Part shown: piece after piece, positions 1-12,125 of the stretch
Position numbering within the stretch: position 1 is the first letter of the stretch
Layout: each line of letters opens with the position of its first letter
Source of the DNA: Pristiophorus japonicus
Taxonomy: Eukaryota
Length of the DNA: 64,000 bases
Direction of reading: 5' to 3'
NCBI RefSeq assembly: GCF_044704955.1
Contig: NC_091983.1
Span: 18,600,001 to 18,664,000, forward strand
Translations under genes and position numbers: made by a program
The notes under the pieces: model-generated
Told to the model about the DNA's origin: nothing
The model's input: the letters and a program-made list of their open reading frames with translations, nothing else
Databases searched by the model: none

Positions 1-769
1 ATTTAACCCGATCAGGCAGAAGTGAGAAGCATAAATTTGCCTATATACATGGAACGATGCCCAAAGTGCAATGCTGAAATTGTAACAGACAATATGTGTG
101 TGAGGGGACCAATGTAAATCTCTCAATGTTCAAACGTCACCTCATGGTTTTTGGTCCAAGCTAAGAATGTTAGTTTGAGGTCTATGGGAACTTTGCGATA
201 GTTTGTAACAAATTCTTAAAATGAAATGAAAAGCACAATGATTTCCCTCACTGTATCAATTAGTTTTATTTCTCAATAAACCTTGTAGTCTGAGATATAT
301 TGTCTGTCATTTGTCCATCATTTGAAGAGTTCCCGATTTACTTTCCCCCAGTATACGCGCTAACATTAAAACGATTCAATGTCCATCCGGGTCACAGTAT
401 CATTTTTCCTGAAGCAAATAAAATTTTATCTCGAGTGGCAGCAGTTTTGCTTTCAGAAGGAAGTAATTCTGTCGAAATCTCAACTTTTTGTGTCACTGGT
501 GCACATCCTTGTGCATCAGGTCATATTTTGATTCATAAGACGCGTCAACACACCTTACCCTCTCTATTCTGGTTTCACTACCTTCCTGTCCTCCTTAAAC
601 CTCTCCCTCCTTGTAAACTCTCTGACCTATATTCACAGCCAACTCCTTAAACTTGCCATCTCACATGACCTCTCTTGACCTTTGAGATAGTACTCACTGT
701 CAATTAAAATGTCACTTTTTCGCAAATTCATTGTACTGATGTATTTTTTACTATAATTGAATTGTATTT

Positions 770-1943
770 CCCCAATTGAATATTGGGAAGACCGAAGCCT
801 TTGTTTTCGGTCCCCGCCACAAACTCCGTTCCCTAACCACTGACTCCATCCCTCTCCCCAACTTATGTCTGAGGCTGAACCAGACTGTTCACAATCTTGG
901 TGTCATATTTGACCCTGAAATGAGCTTTCGACCACATATCTGCAGCGTAACTAAGACGGCCTATTTCCACTCCGTAACATCACCCGTCTCCGCCCTTTCC
1001 GCAGCTCATCCGCTGCTGAAGCCTTCATCCATGCCTTTGTTACCTCTAGACTTGACTATTCCAACACACTCCTACATTCTACCCTATGTAAAGTAGAGGT
1101 GATCCAAAACTCACCAGCCTGTGTCCTAACTCGCACTAAGTCCCGCTCACCCATTACCCCTGTGCTCGCTGACCTACGTTGGCTTCCGGTTAATCCATGG
1201 CTCGATTTCAAAATTATCATCCTTATTTTTGAAACCCTCCATGGCCTTGCCCCTCCCTATCTCTGTAATCTCCTCCACCCCCACAACCCCCCCCCCCCGA
1301 AATGTCTGCGCTCCTCTAATTCTGCCATCTTGAGCATCCCTGATTATAATCACTCAACCATTGGTGGCCGTGCCTTCTGTTGCCTCCGCCCTAAGCTCTG
1401 GAACTCCCTCCCTAAACCTCTCCGCCTCTCTATCTCTCTTTCCTCCTTCAAGATGTTCCTTAAAACCTACCTCTGTGACCAAGCTTTTAGTGACCTCCGC
1501 TAATTTCTACTTATGCGGCTCAGTGTCGATTTTTTTATCTCACAATACTCCTGTGAAATGCCTTAAGAAAATAAGAAATAGGAGCAGGAGTAGGCCATTT
1601 GACCCCTCGAGCCTGCTCTGACATTCAATAAGATCATGGCTGATCTGATCTTAGCCTCAACTCCACTTCCCTGCCCGCTCCCCATAACCCATGACTCCCT
1701 TATCATTCAAAAATCTGTCTATCTCCACCTTAAATATATTCAATGATTCAGCCTCCACAGCTCTCTAGGGCAGAGAATTCCAAAGATTCACAACCCTCTG
1801 AGGGAAGAAATTCCTCCTCATTTCCGTTTTAAATGGGCGACCCCTTATTCTGAAACTATGCCCCCTAGTTCTAGATTCCCCCATGAGGGGGACCTTTCAC
1901 TATGTTAAAGGCGCTAAATAAATCAAGTTGTTGTTGTTGTTGT
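770..1943 (+). mobile_element. L2-clade LINE, 5'-truncated (RT C-terminus and 3' UTR), tail interrupted by a CR1
   Basis: Frames NIGKTEAFVFGP...HNLGVIFDPEMSF and TRTKSRSPITPVLADLRWLPV...GGRAFCC...LWNSLP are typical of L2 ORF2. The tail ctatgttaaaggcgc...(gtt)n resumes at about 1891. Confidence 0.9.
1563..1890 (-). mobile_element. CR1 (HER1-like) LINE 3' fragment inserted into the L2 tail
   Basis: Reverse complement of the CR1 3' UTR (ggagcaggagtaggccatt...gatcatggctgatc) plus the ORF2 end. Confidence 0.9.
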
Positions 1944-2119
1944 TATTGATGCTTTTGTAAACAAAAAACCCTATTGGTCATCTAATTTATTTTTGGGGAT
2001 CAATATAGTCTTGACAGTTACGTTCTGAATAAATAAAACTAAAAACTCTTCTGGTGACACTGAGCATATTAAATTAGAAGATTTAGGGATGATCCCGGTC
2101 ACAGATGAGGCTATTTCTG

Positions 2120-3665
2120 GCGACTTCCTTGTATCCCTCACCACGCACATTCCCTGCATCCCCTTCCAAACCCACTTCCTTCCAAATCCATCCCTGGACA
2201 AAAAACCTCTCCCCCAAGTCATTTACAATGATACTTTCAAGTTGCCACGATATTTCTGCAGCTATCGATCTGCTCAACCCTTCTCTCTACTCCACCTTTG
2301 ATGTCCTTGTCGCCAATAGAACTTGTACACTCTCCCATCTTTCCCCCTGATATGGCCCATGTTCGTTCCCTCGAGTTCAAGATGGGGCAGGAGACTTACC
2401 CACTGGTCTTCCACCCCAACCCCGCTGACCGCAGGTTCTCCTTTAAATATGCAGATCGGGTCACAGCTGGGGCCGGTGGAGGCCTAGCAAGGCAGTTTTG
2501 TATAAAATAAAAAGTTTCCTTTTGACCAGGAGGAGCAGGAATGTTCCTCCGAGCCGCAGAAGCAAATCTTGAGCCTTCCCTTCCCCCGGTCGTGATTACC
2601 TCCCTTTCCCCATCCCCCCACCCCACGATCATTTATCTTATGCCTGGTCTTGTTCGCATGCCGATGGCCTCCTGCACCCACCAATCCCGCTCCGGCTGTC
2701 CGCGTCATTCCCGTTGGATTCGGGAGGGAATCCACCCTCAGAATCTAAGTCAGGCCTGGCTACTAAAATCCGTTGGGCCTCCCTGCTGCTGCTCCCGGAT
2801 AGGCCGGGTCCTCGTTCGCCCGCATCCCTGCCCAGGAGATAAATTTGATCCAGAACGTATCTACTGCACGATTGGTTTAGCCATCCATCACCAGATCTGA
2901 CCACATCAAGCGCTATCGGGCCCTGCCATCCTCTGCCAAAACCGGTCATTATTAACTTCATCTTGGAGGGCAAGGCTAACCTCTGGCTTCTTTTCTCCAT
3001 TTGCAAATATCTCCTTAAACCCCTCTTCCCTGCCCCCTTCATCCTCACCTCCAACAGCAGTTGGGAGGAGCTCATGGACTTTTTTTGTTGCTAAGAATGT
3101 GACAATTCTTTTAGCTGTCTCTTTTGCATCTGTCCTCTCCCCTTGCCCATCAAGAAAATCCTCCCATCAGGCTTATCCCTGTCACAGCCCTGAACCCACC
3201 TCTTTCATCTCATTTTTCTCCTATCTCCCATCATGCCCACTCCGAGCTCATCTTGTCCATGAGACCCACCTCCTGCTTCCTTGACTCAATTCCCATTAAA
3301 CTGCTGACAGTCAACTTTCCATCCTGGCCCCCATGTTAGCTGATATTGCTAACGGTTCTCTGTCTTCAGGTGCTGGCCCCTCCTCTTCAACTCTGCCCTC
3401 AAAAAAAACACCCTTAACTCCTCTGTTCTTGCAAACGACCACCCCCATCACCGACTCCTCTTTCCTCTTTCATGTCCTTGAACGTGTTGTTCGACATCCG
3501 TGCCTACCTATCTTGCAACTCCATGTTTGAATCTCTCCTCTCAGGTTCCTTCCCCTGCCGCAACATCTGAACGTCTGTAATTAGGATTACAAATGACATT
3601 CTTTGTGACTGACCTTGGTGCATTTTTCTGCCTCTACATCTCTGCAGCCTTTGACATGGTCCAGC
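2120..3665 (+). mobile_element. Decayed L2 LINE ORF2 fragment with an internal insertion at about 2383-2851
   Basis: Motifs ELILSMRPTSCFLDSIPIKLL, MLADIANGSLSSG and SAAFDMV match the L2 copies at 15.4-16.7 kb and 33-35 kb. The L2 sequence is collinear across a GC-rich insert. Confidence 0.8.
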
Positions 3666-3667
3666 AC

Positions 3668-3905
3668 ACCAGGTCAGTGGGAGAACTTCCCTGCTCCTCT
3701 TTAAAAAGTGCCTTTTACAAGCACCTGAGAGGGAAGGCTGCGCTTAATGTCCCCTCTAAAAAGCAGCATTTCTGAAAGTGCAGTTCTCCCTCTGCATTGC
3801 ACTCAAAGGCCAGGCTTGATTATGTGTTTTAAATCCTGGAGTGGGGCTTGAACCCACAATCTTCTAACTCAGATGCAAGAGTGCTATCACTGAGCCAAGT
3901 CTAAC
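3668..3905 (-). mobile_element. DeuSINE (SacSINE1-like) 5' part
   Basis: Reverse complement shows a tRNA-like head (ggctcagtgatagcactcttgc...gtgggttcaagccccactcc) and resembles the copy at 58928-59372. Confidence 0.75.
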
Positions 3906-4539
3906 ACCTTCTTAAGTCTCATGCATTGTTAATGACGACCTAACACTAAATGGGCATTTTGGTAAATGGTCAGTAATGACACTCAAATCATCTTCCTCCT
4001 TCACCAATTGACTTCATCTAATTGTGGACACATATTCATGTGTACTGGTCCGCTATAGATTATATACCATTGATCCAAATTAATATTTCTCAGCCATTCC
4101 TCAAACCATTTGCATAATGTGTCCATGCTGTCAATCTTTCAGTGCAGTAAACACTTGGACACATAACTTGGTGTCATCCATGAATCTTCTAGTATTGGTA
4201 TTTAATAAATGGACTTAGCTCAGTTTGGTTGTGCGCTCACCTCCGGCTCAGTAACCTGCTAGGTCGGTTAAATTGACCCCCCTATGTGTTTTCTAATGTT
4301 GCTGATTTGAGGGTGAAAAGTTGAGATCAATTTAATGAAAATCAGGTGGTGTCTATAATGGGCAGGCGAACCACTGCAGCAGGTCAACTGCAGATGTTGA
4401 AGGTGGAGATCAATTGTATGGTGCAAACACACCCTTAGTTGAATTTTGCTTGGTTCCCTGACCTCACTTTCTTGTTATTTCCATGTATTATTTATAATAA
4501 TTCTGACTTATTGAGCTGTTTTTCACCTCATTTCTCCAA

Positions 4540-4830
4540 AACTAGAGATCATAAACATGCACTAATGAATCCAATAAGGAATTCAGGAGAAACTTCTTTA
4601 CCCAGAGAATGGTAAGAATGTGGATCGTGCTGCCACAGGGCGTGGTTGAGGCGAATAGCATAGATGCCTTTAAGGGGAGGCTCGATAAGTACATGAGAGG
4701 GAAAGGAATAGAAGGTCATGTTGATAGGGTGAGATGAAATAATGGTGGGAGCAGGCTTGTGTGGAGAATAAGCATAGGCATCGACTAGTTGGATTGAATG
4801 AGCTGTTTCTGTGATGTAAGGCCTACATAA
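4540..4830 (+). mobile_element. CR1 LINE 3' fragment
   Basis: ggaattcaggagaaacttctttacccagaga followed by a 3' UTR ending ctgtttctgtgatgta; same subfamily as 14470-15155 and 26278-26540. Confidence 0.85.
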
Positions 4831-5179
4831 TTCATTATTCGGCTCTTGGTTTTTCTATTTGCTTCTTTCCCTCAGGGCAACATACTGACTTTCTACATTC
4901 TTAGTCTTAAGTAAAATACACTTTCGGGTGTTCTGTTTACAAGTTTAACTCCCAGATTAAACCTGCTTTGAACTCTTTCTCACAGCTCAAAGTCGTTCGC
5001 AATCTCCTATTTTTGTCCTTTAATCCAGCATTAACCAAACATACAACAAGAAGTCAACTGTTATAATACCCCTATATAATCTCGAATTGACCACAAAAAC
5101 TCAGATATCCAACCATGTTCCGGCTGCTAATCTATTCTAGTCTTCATTACACTCTGTGCTAACCGGCTCTTCACCTCTT

Positions 5180-6050
5180 ATAGAATCATACAGTGCAGAG
5201 GGAGGCCATTTGGCCCATTGTGACTGTACAGGCTCTTTCAAAGAGCTATCCAATTCGTGCCACACCCTGCTCTTTCCCCACAACTCTGCAAGTTTTTCCT
5301 TTTCAAATAAATATTCAATTTCCTTTTGAAAGTTACTATTGAATCTGCTTCCACCACCCTTTCAGGCAGTGCATTCCAGATCATAACAACTCGCTGCATT
5401 AAAAAAATGATGCTCATCTCCCTCTCTGGTTCTTTTGCCAATTATCTTAAATCTGTCCTCTTGTTAACGACCCAGCTGCCAGTGGAAACAGTTTCCCCTT
5501 ATTTACTCTGTCAAAACCCCTCATCATTTTGAACATCTCCATTAAATCTCCCCTCAACCTTCTCTGCTCTAAAGAGAACAGACCCAACTTCACATAACTG
5601 CAGTCGTCCATCGCTGGTACCATTCTGGTAAATCTCCTCTGCACCTTCTTCGAGGCCCGACATCTTTCCTGAAGTGCAGAGCCCAGAATTGGATGCAATA
5701 CTCCATCTGAAGCCTAACTAGTGTTTGTTTTTAAAGGATTAGCATAACTTCCTTGCTTTTAAGAACATAAGAAATAGGAGCAGGACATTTGGCCCTTCGA
5801 GCCCGCTCTGCCATTCAACAAGATCATGGCTGATCTTCGACCTCAACTCCACCTTCCAGCACTATCCCCATATCCTTTAATTCCCTTCGTTCCCCAAAAT
5901 TTATCGACCTCTGTTTTGAATATACTCAATGACTGAGCATCCACTGCTCTCCGGGGATAGAGAATTCCAAAGATCCACAACCCAAACTCCATGCCTCTAT
6001 TTATAAAGGCAAGGATGCCATGTGCCTTTTTAAACAGCCTTATCAACTTG
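5180..6050 (-). mobile_element. CR1 LINE fragment containing a second CR1 3' end (about 5761-5975)
   Basis: Minus frames KVQRRFTRMVP...LGLFSLEQRRLRGDL and KAHGILAFINRGME. A second (ttcttatg)-tailed 3' UTR starts at 5761. Confidence 0.85.
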
Positions 6051-7397
6051 TCCTTATTGCCATCCAATCCCCATTTTATCATGTGAATGGTTGCTTTTCC
6101 AAAACTGAGCTGGTCGCCATCTTGAAAAACCCCCTAAATGAAGATCAAACCTTAATTTCAGAGGACACCGTCAAATTGATTCAACAGTGTGTCAGTGCTG
6201 GTATCTAGTTTTTAGCCTCATGACTCAGTCTGGACAAAGACAATTAAAATATATGCCGCAGCTTAATGTTAGCTGCGGCTTGGAAATAAAACTATTTGCT
6301 GCCGCCTCAATATCATAGCTGCAGGCTGTAAAAGTGAAACTACTGCCATGAATCTGCCACACTTTGGTGCTTTATAGAAGTCATTCTGGACTTACTGCCA
6401 ACTGCTGCAAATTGAAGTAGCAGTCCTGGGTTTTATTTTAGTGCTGCGTTGGACGGTACATTTCAATATGTAACATAAATTCTTGTATTTATGTTAAGCT
6501 GTGGAGCAACAGCTGAGAACGCTGTCTGCGGCTCAGTTACTGAATTCAGGTAGGGTTCGGTTGGAATGCAATCCCTTGTGACAGCCCAGGGAAAGAGTCC
6601 GTTGACATAGGAACAGAAGGACTAAGAGAAATGCAATATAATGATGACAACTCTGCCGCATGAATCAGGAGGCCTATTCGCACAGTTCCCGGGGCATGCG
6701 CGTGGGATCCCAAGATCACCTCAGTGTCAATGTGCTTTAGTTCTAATCCTGACACTAGAAATGAGGTGGAAGCCAAGTGGAATAAATTAATTTCGACAGG
6801 AGTCGATTCGAAAGTTGCTCCCAAACCAAGGAGGAATCACAGGTTGATGCTTTCCACGGTGGTCAATATTAATGTGATGCGTTTCAATCTTGGCTCCTCC
6901 AATAATTCTGCATTATTGACGTTGGTATCTGCATATCTAAAGAGCGCATTCTGTACATCAGTGCGGGCAGCTGTCTGCATAAATTTGCACAGGTCTCTCC
7001 ATAAATACAGCAGCTCATACAGCAGACTGCCGAGTAGCGTGTGTTCGGTAGCAGAGCAAACAATCAGCTTACAACTTCAAAATTACAGGACAAATTGTAG
7101 GTGAAATGTGATCAATGAACACTTTGTCTGTTGTGGGGGAGGGTAGGGGTGGGAATGAAAACCCATGAACGCTGATAATCTGAGATAACAACCCCACCAT
7201 TACAATGATATTATTACCGCACACCTCTCTGAATCGGGCCCACAAATATCATCCTTGATTTCCTCCTCAGTATTTGGCGGCCTAGATTGTGTGGTAATAT
7301 GCTAATAGACCCCCTTATCATTTTGTAGCTTAACCCCAGGCAGGTTCTGTCTGAGCAGCATCACCAATAAAAAAAACGTTATTTGCTATTGTTATAA

Positions 7398-7543
7398 CAC
7401 AGGGGAGTCAAGGGTTATGGGGAACAGCAGGAAAGTGGAGTTGAGGCCAAGATCAAATCAGCCATGATCTCATTGAATGACGGTGTAGGCTCAAGAGGCC
7501 GTATGGCCTACTTCTGCTCCTATTCCTTATGTTCTTATGTTCT
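7398..7543 (+). mobile_element. CR1 3' UTR fragment
   Basis: ggggagtcaagggttatggg...cagccatgatc...cctacttctgctcctattccttatgttcttatgttct. Confidence 0.85.
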
Positions 7544-7621
7544 TGTAATTATGCGGTTATTAATAAGCTTGCCCTGTTCCCTTGTTTACTTCTCTATTTA
7601 ACCTGAATGTTTATAGCTAGG

Positions 7622-7906
7622 AATAGAAAATGCTGGAAATCTCAGGAGGTCAGGCAGCATCTGTGAAGAAGGAGGCAGATGACCCTTTGTCAGAACTGGA
7701 GAGTGTTTGAAAAGAACAGATTTTTAACAAGCTTTTTTTTATTCTTTCTTCCCCTTCCCCTTTCAGTGCTTGTTAAGAATCAGTTCTTTCCAGTTCTGAC
7801 AAAGGGTCATCAACCCGAAACGTTAACTATGCGGCCTGACCCGCTGAGATTTCCAGCATTTTCTGTTTTTACTCCAGATTCCAGCATCCGCAGCATCTTG
7901 CTTTTG
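7622..7906. mobile_element. Penelope-like (PLE)-derived fold-back element with a degenerate hammerhead motif
   Basis: The left arm gaaaatgctggaaatctcag...gatgaccctttgtcagaactgga is the reverse complement of the right arm. Hammerhead-like core at 7792-7828. Confidence 0.7.
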
Positions 7907-8477
7907 TATAACTCGGAATATTTAGTTCACATTCTTCTTCTGGCTGTAGCCAAGTTATCGTCAAGGTTATATTGCATCCCTCCATTCCAATTAGTACCTC
8001 TAGTGTCCCAGCTTTATTTCTAATGCTTTACATCTCTAGCTCTGTGACTCAGACCCTCTATTCACTTTTCCAACTCATTTTTGATTTTTTTTCTTCACTA
8101 TTCTCCTCCTTACCCTTTCTCCCATTTGCTGTAATTTTAAATCTCTCCATTACCTCCCCCACTTTGATCTTACTGTTTTACAGTACTTGCACCTTCACTG
8201 TACTTACGCTTAAACCCCTCCCCATATATACGCTAGGATTCGCCCCTCTTCGCTGCCGCACTTCTTAAGTTCGCCCCCACTGCTCTATTTACTTTCTCTG
8301 CGAGGCCATTAATACCAGTTCACTTCAGGTGAAGCTCGTCCTGTCTGTGGAGTTTTCTCTTGCCTCCAGAACGCAAACAAAAGCCCCAGCAATATGAAAC
8401 TCATTCTTATACATGAGCAATGAAGCTTTAAGGTCCTACTTTTCTACGCTACCCTACGTAAACTACGTATCCTATGT

Positions 8478-8860
8478 GCACATTCTTTAATGTAGTGAAA
8501 CATTCTAAGGCGCTTCACAGGAGTATTATGAGATTTAAAAAATTTGACACCGAGCCGCATAAGGAGAAATGAGGGCAGGTCTTGGTCAAATAGTTAGGTT
8601 TTAAGGAGAGTCTTGAAGGAGGAAAGAGAGGGAGAGAAGCGGAGAGGTGTAGGGAGGGAGTTCCAGAGCTAAGGGCCCAGGCAACAGAAGGCACGGCCAC
8701 CAATGGTGGAGCGATTATAATTAGGGATGCTCAAGAGGGCAGAATTAGAGGAGCGCAGACATCTCGGGCGGTTGTGGGGCTGGAGGAGATGAGAGAGATA
8801 GGGAGGGGCGAGGCCATGGAGGGATTTGAAAACAAGGACGAGAATTTTGAAATTGAGGCT
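8478..8860 (-). mobile_element. L2 LINE 3' fragment
   Basis: Minus frame FKILVLVFKSLHGLAPPYL...GGRAFCCLGP plus the L2 3' UTR. Confidence 0.9.
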
Positions 8861-9045
8861 TAACCTTATATTTGACAATTAACAAGGTTGCACTTTCAGT
8901 AATTACAAGTTTACACCTGGTGGTTCCTTTCTGATTCTCAAAAAAACTATTTGCATGTATGAACTAAACATTAACCAATACTCACCACTGAATTCCCATT
9001 CAAACTCCTTCTTTAAGTCAAACTCATTACTGCTCATTTCCAGCA

Positions 9046-9440
9046 CAGAATCAGGATTCACAGAACAGAATGAGGCCATTCAGCCCATCACTCCATGTTA
9101 TCTCTCTGAAAGAGCAACCCACTTAGTCCCATTCTCTTAGGGAAACATACCCTTCTAATTTCCTCCCCCCCCCCCCCCCCAAATATTTATCCCCTCCCTT
9201 CTGAAAGATATTATGGATTCTGCATCCACAACAGTTTCTGATCGGTCACTGCACGTCATAACAACCTTCTGCATAGAAAAATCTCTCCTAACTTCTCCCT
9301 TTATTCCTTTTGTGATGATTTTAAATTTATGCCCTCAACTTACTGACTCACTGAGCAGTGGAAATATCTGCTTTTTAAAAATCTCTCTGAACTTTGAATA
9401 CGTCTATCAGATCTTCTCTCAACCTTCTTTGTCCCAATGA
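9046..9440 (-). mobile_element. Old, decayed CR1 3' fragment
   Basis: acagaatcagg...gaggccattcagcccatc...gaaagagc...ggattctgcatccacaac resembles the copies at 5180 and 40212. Confidence 0.65.
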
Positions 9441-10245
9441 AAATTTTTGTTTTCAAGTCAACAATTTCATGTTTACACTTCCTTATCTACTACAGCTGTA
9501 TTTTACGTTCATTTTAGATCTGACAGTGCTTCCCTTCTTAACACATAGCGTGCATGCTTTGCAAATGCAGTACTGAGCATTCAAGATTAAATTTGCAAAA
9601 TAAGTACAGAAATCAGCCTGTTTTAAGCATAGGGTAAGCCTCTCATTGGGAGTTGTGGTGCTGCAATGAGAATACATTTCTTCATGTATTCCAAAAACGC
9701 AATTAGTTCAGAGGACGCTGGGTGAAGTCATTATCTGCATGGAGGCAGATGCCATTGTGTGCAGTCAGAAGAGTTTTATGAATCATGTGGAGCATGAAAA
9801 GTAAGCAATCTCATGCGATGTTAAAATAATCCTTAAACCACTTGCAGAATTATATCCGATGAAGCCTGTTAGCATTTGAGGTTGGCCATTGAAAATGGAT
9901 TGTTGTCTGAGAATGCACATTACTTCTCATGGGTTGTAATGAACAAACTGCTGCCTGTTGCTCCCATTAAACAAATGCGATAGTGTGCACAAGAAATTAA
10001 TTGGTATCTGAGCAAATGTTCTCTTTTATATAAGTGGCCACATAATCTTGGAGCCCCATTACCTCTCGTGTACAGTGCTTTGGATCATGATCATAACAAG
10101 TTGTTTAATCACCTTGTTGATGCATGGAGAAAATAGAAGGCGGTTGAACCACAAGCAAAGGAGACTGAGCAAATCGAATTTGCCACATGCCCCAGATGAG
10201 CCAGGGGCAAACAGCATATTGGCAAATAATCCGGCAGGCAATGGA

Positions 10246-10428
10246 GGGGGTAATTTTAACCTAACCCACCACACGGGTATCCCACGGCATTGGGTGGAAC
10301 ACCGGTTCTCCGTCACGCCTAATATTGACTTCACCAGAGAGTAAAATCGGGCGGGGTGTAAAACCAACGTTGCACCGAACCTGTCAGTTTCCCAACAGGT
10401 AGGTTAAAATTAGGTTAAAATTTCCCCC
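10246..10428. mobile_element. Palindromic MITE (probable PIF/Harbinger)
   Basis: TIRs gggggtaattttaacct / aggttaaaatttccccc; same terminal motif as 41257-42092. Confidence 0.75.
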
Positions 10429-10566
10429 AATGTCACTGTACACTTGGGGATATGGCTGGTGCCATCCATTATCCTACAGGCTATTGTAATTTCACTCTGC
10501 ATGGTGGTCCACGCTTTCTTCTTGATTTAAATGGGAAAGGAACCTTGGTCGTGTGTGAAGCAGTTG

Positions 10567-11400
10567 AGGGGGGAAACATCCTTACGATAAACGGGCGGAA
10601 ATGTTAGCTTTAACGCCATTCCATTAACTTCCCAATAGATTTTGCGGACAACACGCGAGGAAAATTCAAGTGCGGAATAAAAAACAAACAGCGCTTTTAA
10701 GCCTATCACGGCTTGTTTCCGGCACTGGTGAATTGAAATCGCAAAAGGAATGTGTGGATTTCCGTAGTGGTGGCATTGCAAGATAAAGCTGTATGGATGT
10801 CTACTGAGAGCAGATATCAGGTGCTGACTGAAGGACTGCATTTGTAAGTGGTAGCGGAATGATTGGATCGTTACAGGGCTTTTCGAAGACCAGTATCATG
10901 GGTTCAGCTCCTCCGGTCAATGGAGGAGAGGGCAAATAGAGACTGCAGACGTCACGTGAGGCACAAAGCAGTCCAAATGAAGCAGCCCAAGGGAGGTGTC
11001 AATGAGCCAAATGTAGCTCTCTTAGACCTCACAGGGGAGCAACATGTTTGAAGAAAGACTCCTTGATTGTGAGATGTGTAGTTAAACTTTGCCAGAACTG
11101 ATAGGGACATTTGACAACACATACTGCCCCCTGTCAATGGAAGCCAAGCTGATCGCCATTCTCAATTTGTATTCAGAGCTGCGAACTTCCCAGACATTGA
11201 ATGAAGACATCTCAGAAGTCAACAGAAGTCCTCTGTCTCATCATCGTCTAGTGCCACACCCATTGCTTTTCCATCTGCCTGCCATCTCTGTGTTCTGAGG
11301 CGTCTGTACCCGGGCTGCTGCTTGGTATCATTGTGAAAGGGAAGGGGTGGGGGGGGGGGGGAATGCAGGGGGTGCCCTGGTTAATGCGGTGTCTCACTGG
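10567..11400 (+). mobile_element. Decayed Harbinger transposon with HARBI1-like transposase N-terminal remnants
   Basis: Frames NVALLDLTGEQHV*RRL and PLSMEAKLIAILNLYSE...EDISEVNRS resemble the HARBI1-type motifs LDLSEEQCxRRLR and LSVxxKVxAALxFYASG...GDxxGISQS. Boundaries uncertain. Confidence 0.55.
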
Positions 11401-12065
11401 GCGCTGAACACCACTGCAATCTGCGAAGAGAGAAGAGAAACACACAGTGAGCCATTTCTGTGGCTCGCTCCATTGGCGTGAACTTTTACATTGCTGGGCA
11501 GTAACAGTAAAATAGGAAAAATGACCATGGGACATTCTAATCACATCATAAATGACAGCATGAATGTGGTACACACGTGATGGTCGAGGTTCTCTTCCAA
11601 CTCATCATTTGCTGCACCTTCCGCAGATTCCATTCCTATACGGGGCACAAATGGAGTAAGCATCTTCAGTGTGTCTCCACCACTACCTGTAGCACTCCTC
11701 ACACTTCCATGACTTGTCTATAAAGAGAGCATCAAATCACATTATCACACAGTTAGCTGCTCTTTTGTCAATCCCCTGATACATTCCTTTCACTATACCA
11801 TGTGCAAGTCAATTGGCTCTATCTATTACCTTCCTTGTAAAATTCTTATTGTAGCTGTATGCGCACATATAGTCTATTGGAACAACTCCAGGTGGATTCC
11901 CTGCTCAGACCCGAGTTACAATTACAGTGGAGTCTCAGTGATTTCATCGGGCCACAATATACACATGTATAGAAGGACCCTGTTGGCTCCCGGCGCATAT
12001 CCTTGCTGCCTGCTCAGGAGAGCAGGTTAATATTACAGATGTTGCGATCATGGTGGTAAGAGCCA

Positions 12066-12125
12066 GGGTGATTTTAACTGCCCGCCCGCCAGGTTTCTGC
12101 TCAACGAGTAGGGTTAAAATCACTC
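12066..12125. mobile_element. 60-bp miniature MITE
   Basis: TIRs gggtgattttaac / gttaaaatcactc, the same terminal family as 10246 and 41257. Confidence 0.6.

Noticed and set aside
6546-7104. Overlapping ORFs of 92 and 126 aa in unique sequence
   Set aside because: No recognisable domain or convincing splice boundaries; the lengths are compatible with chance.
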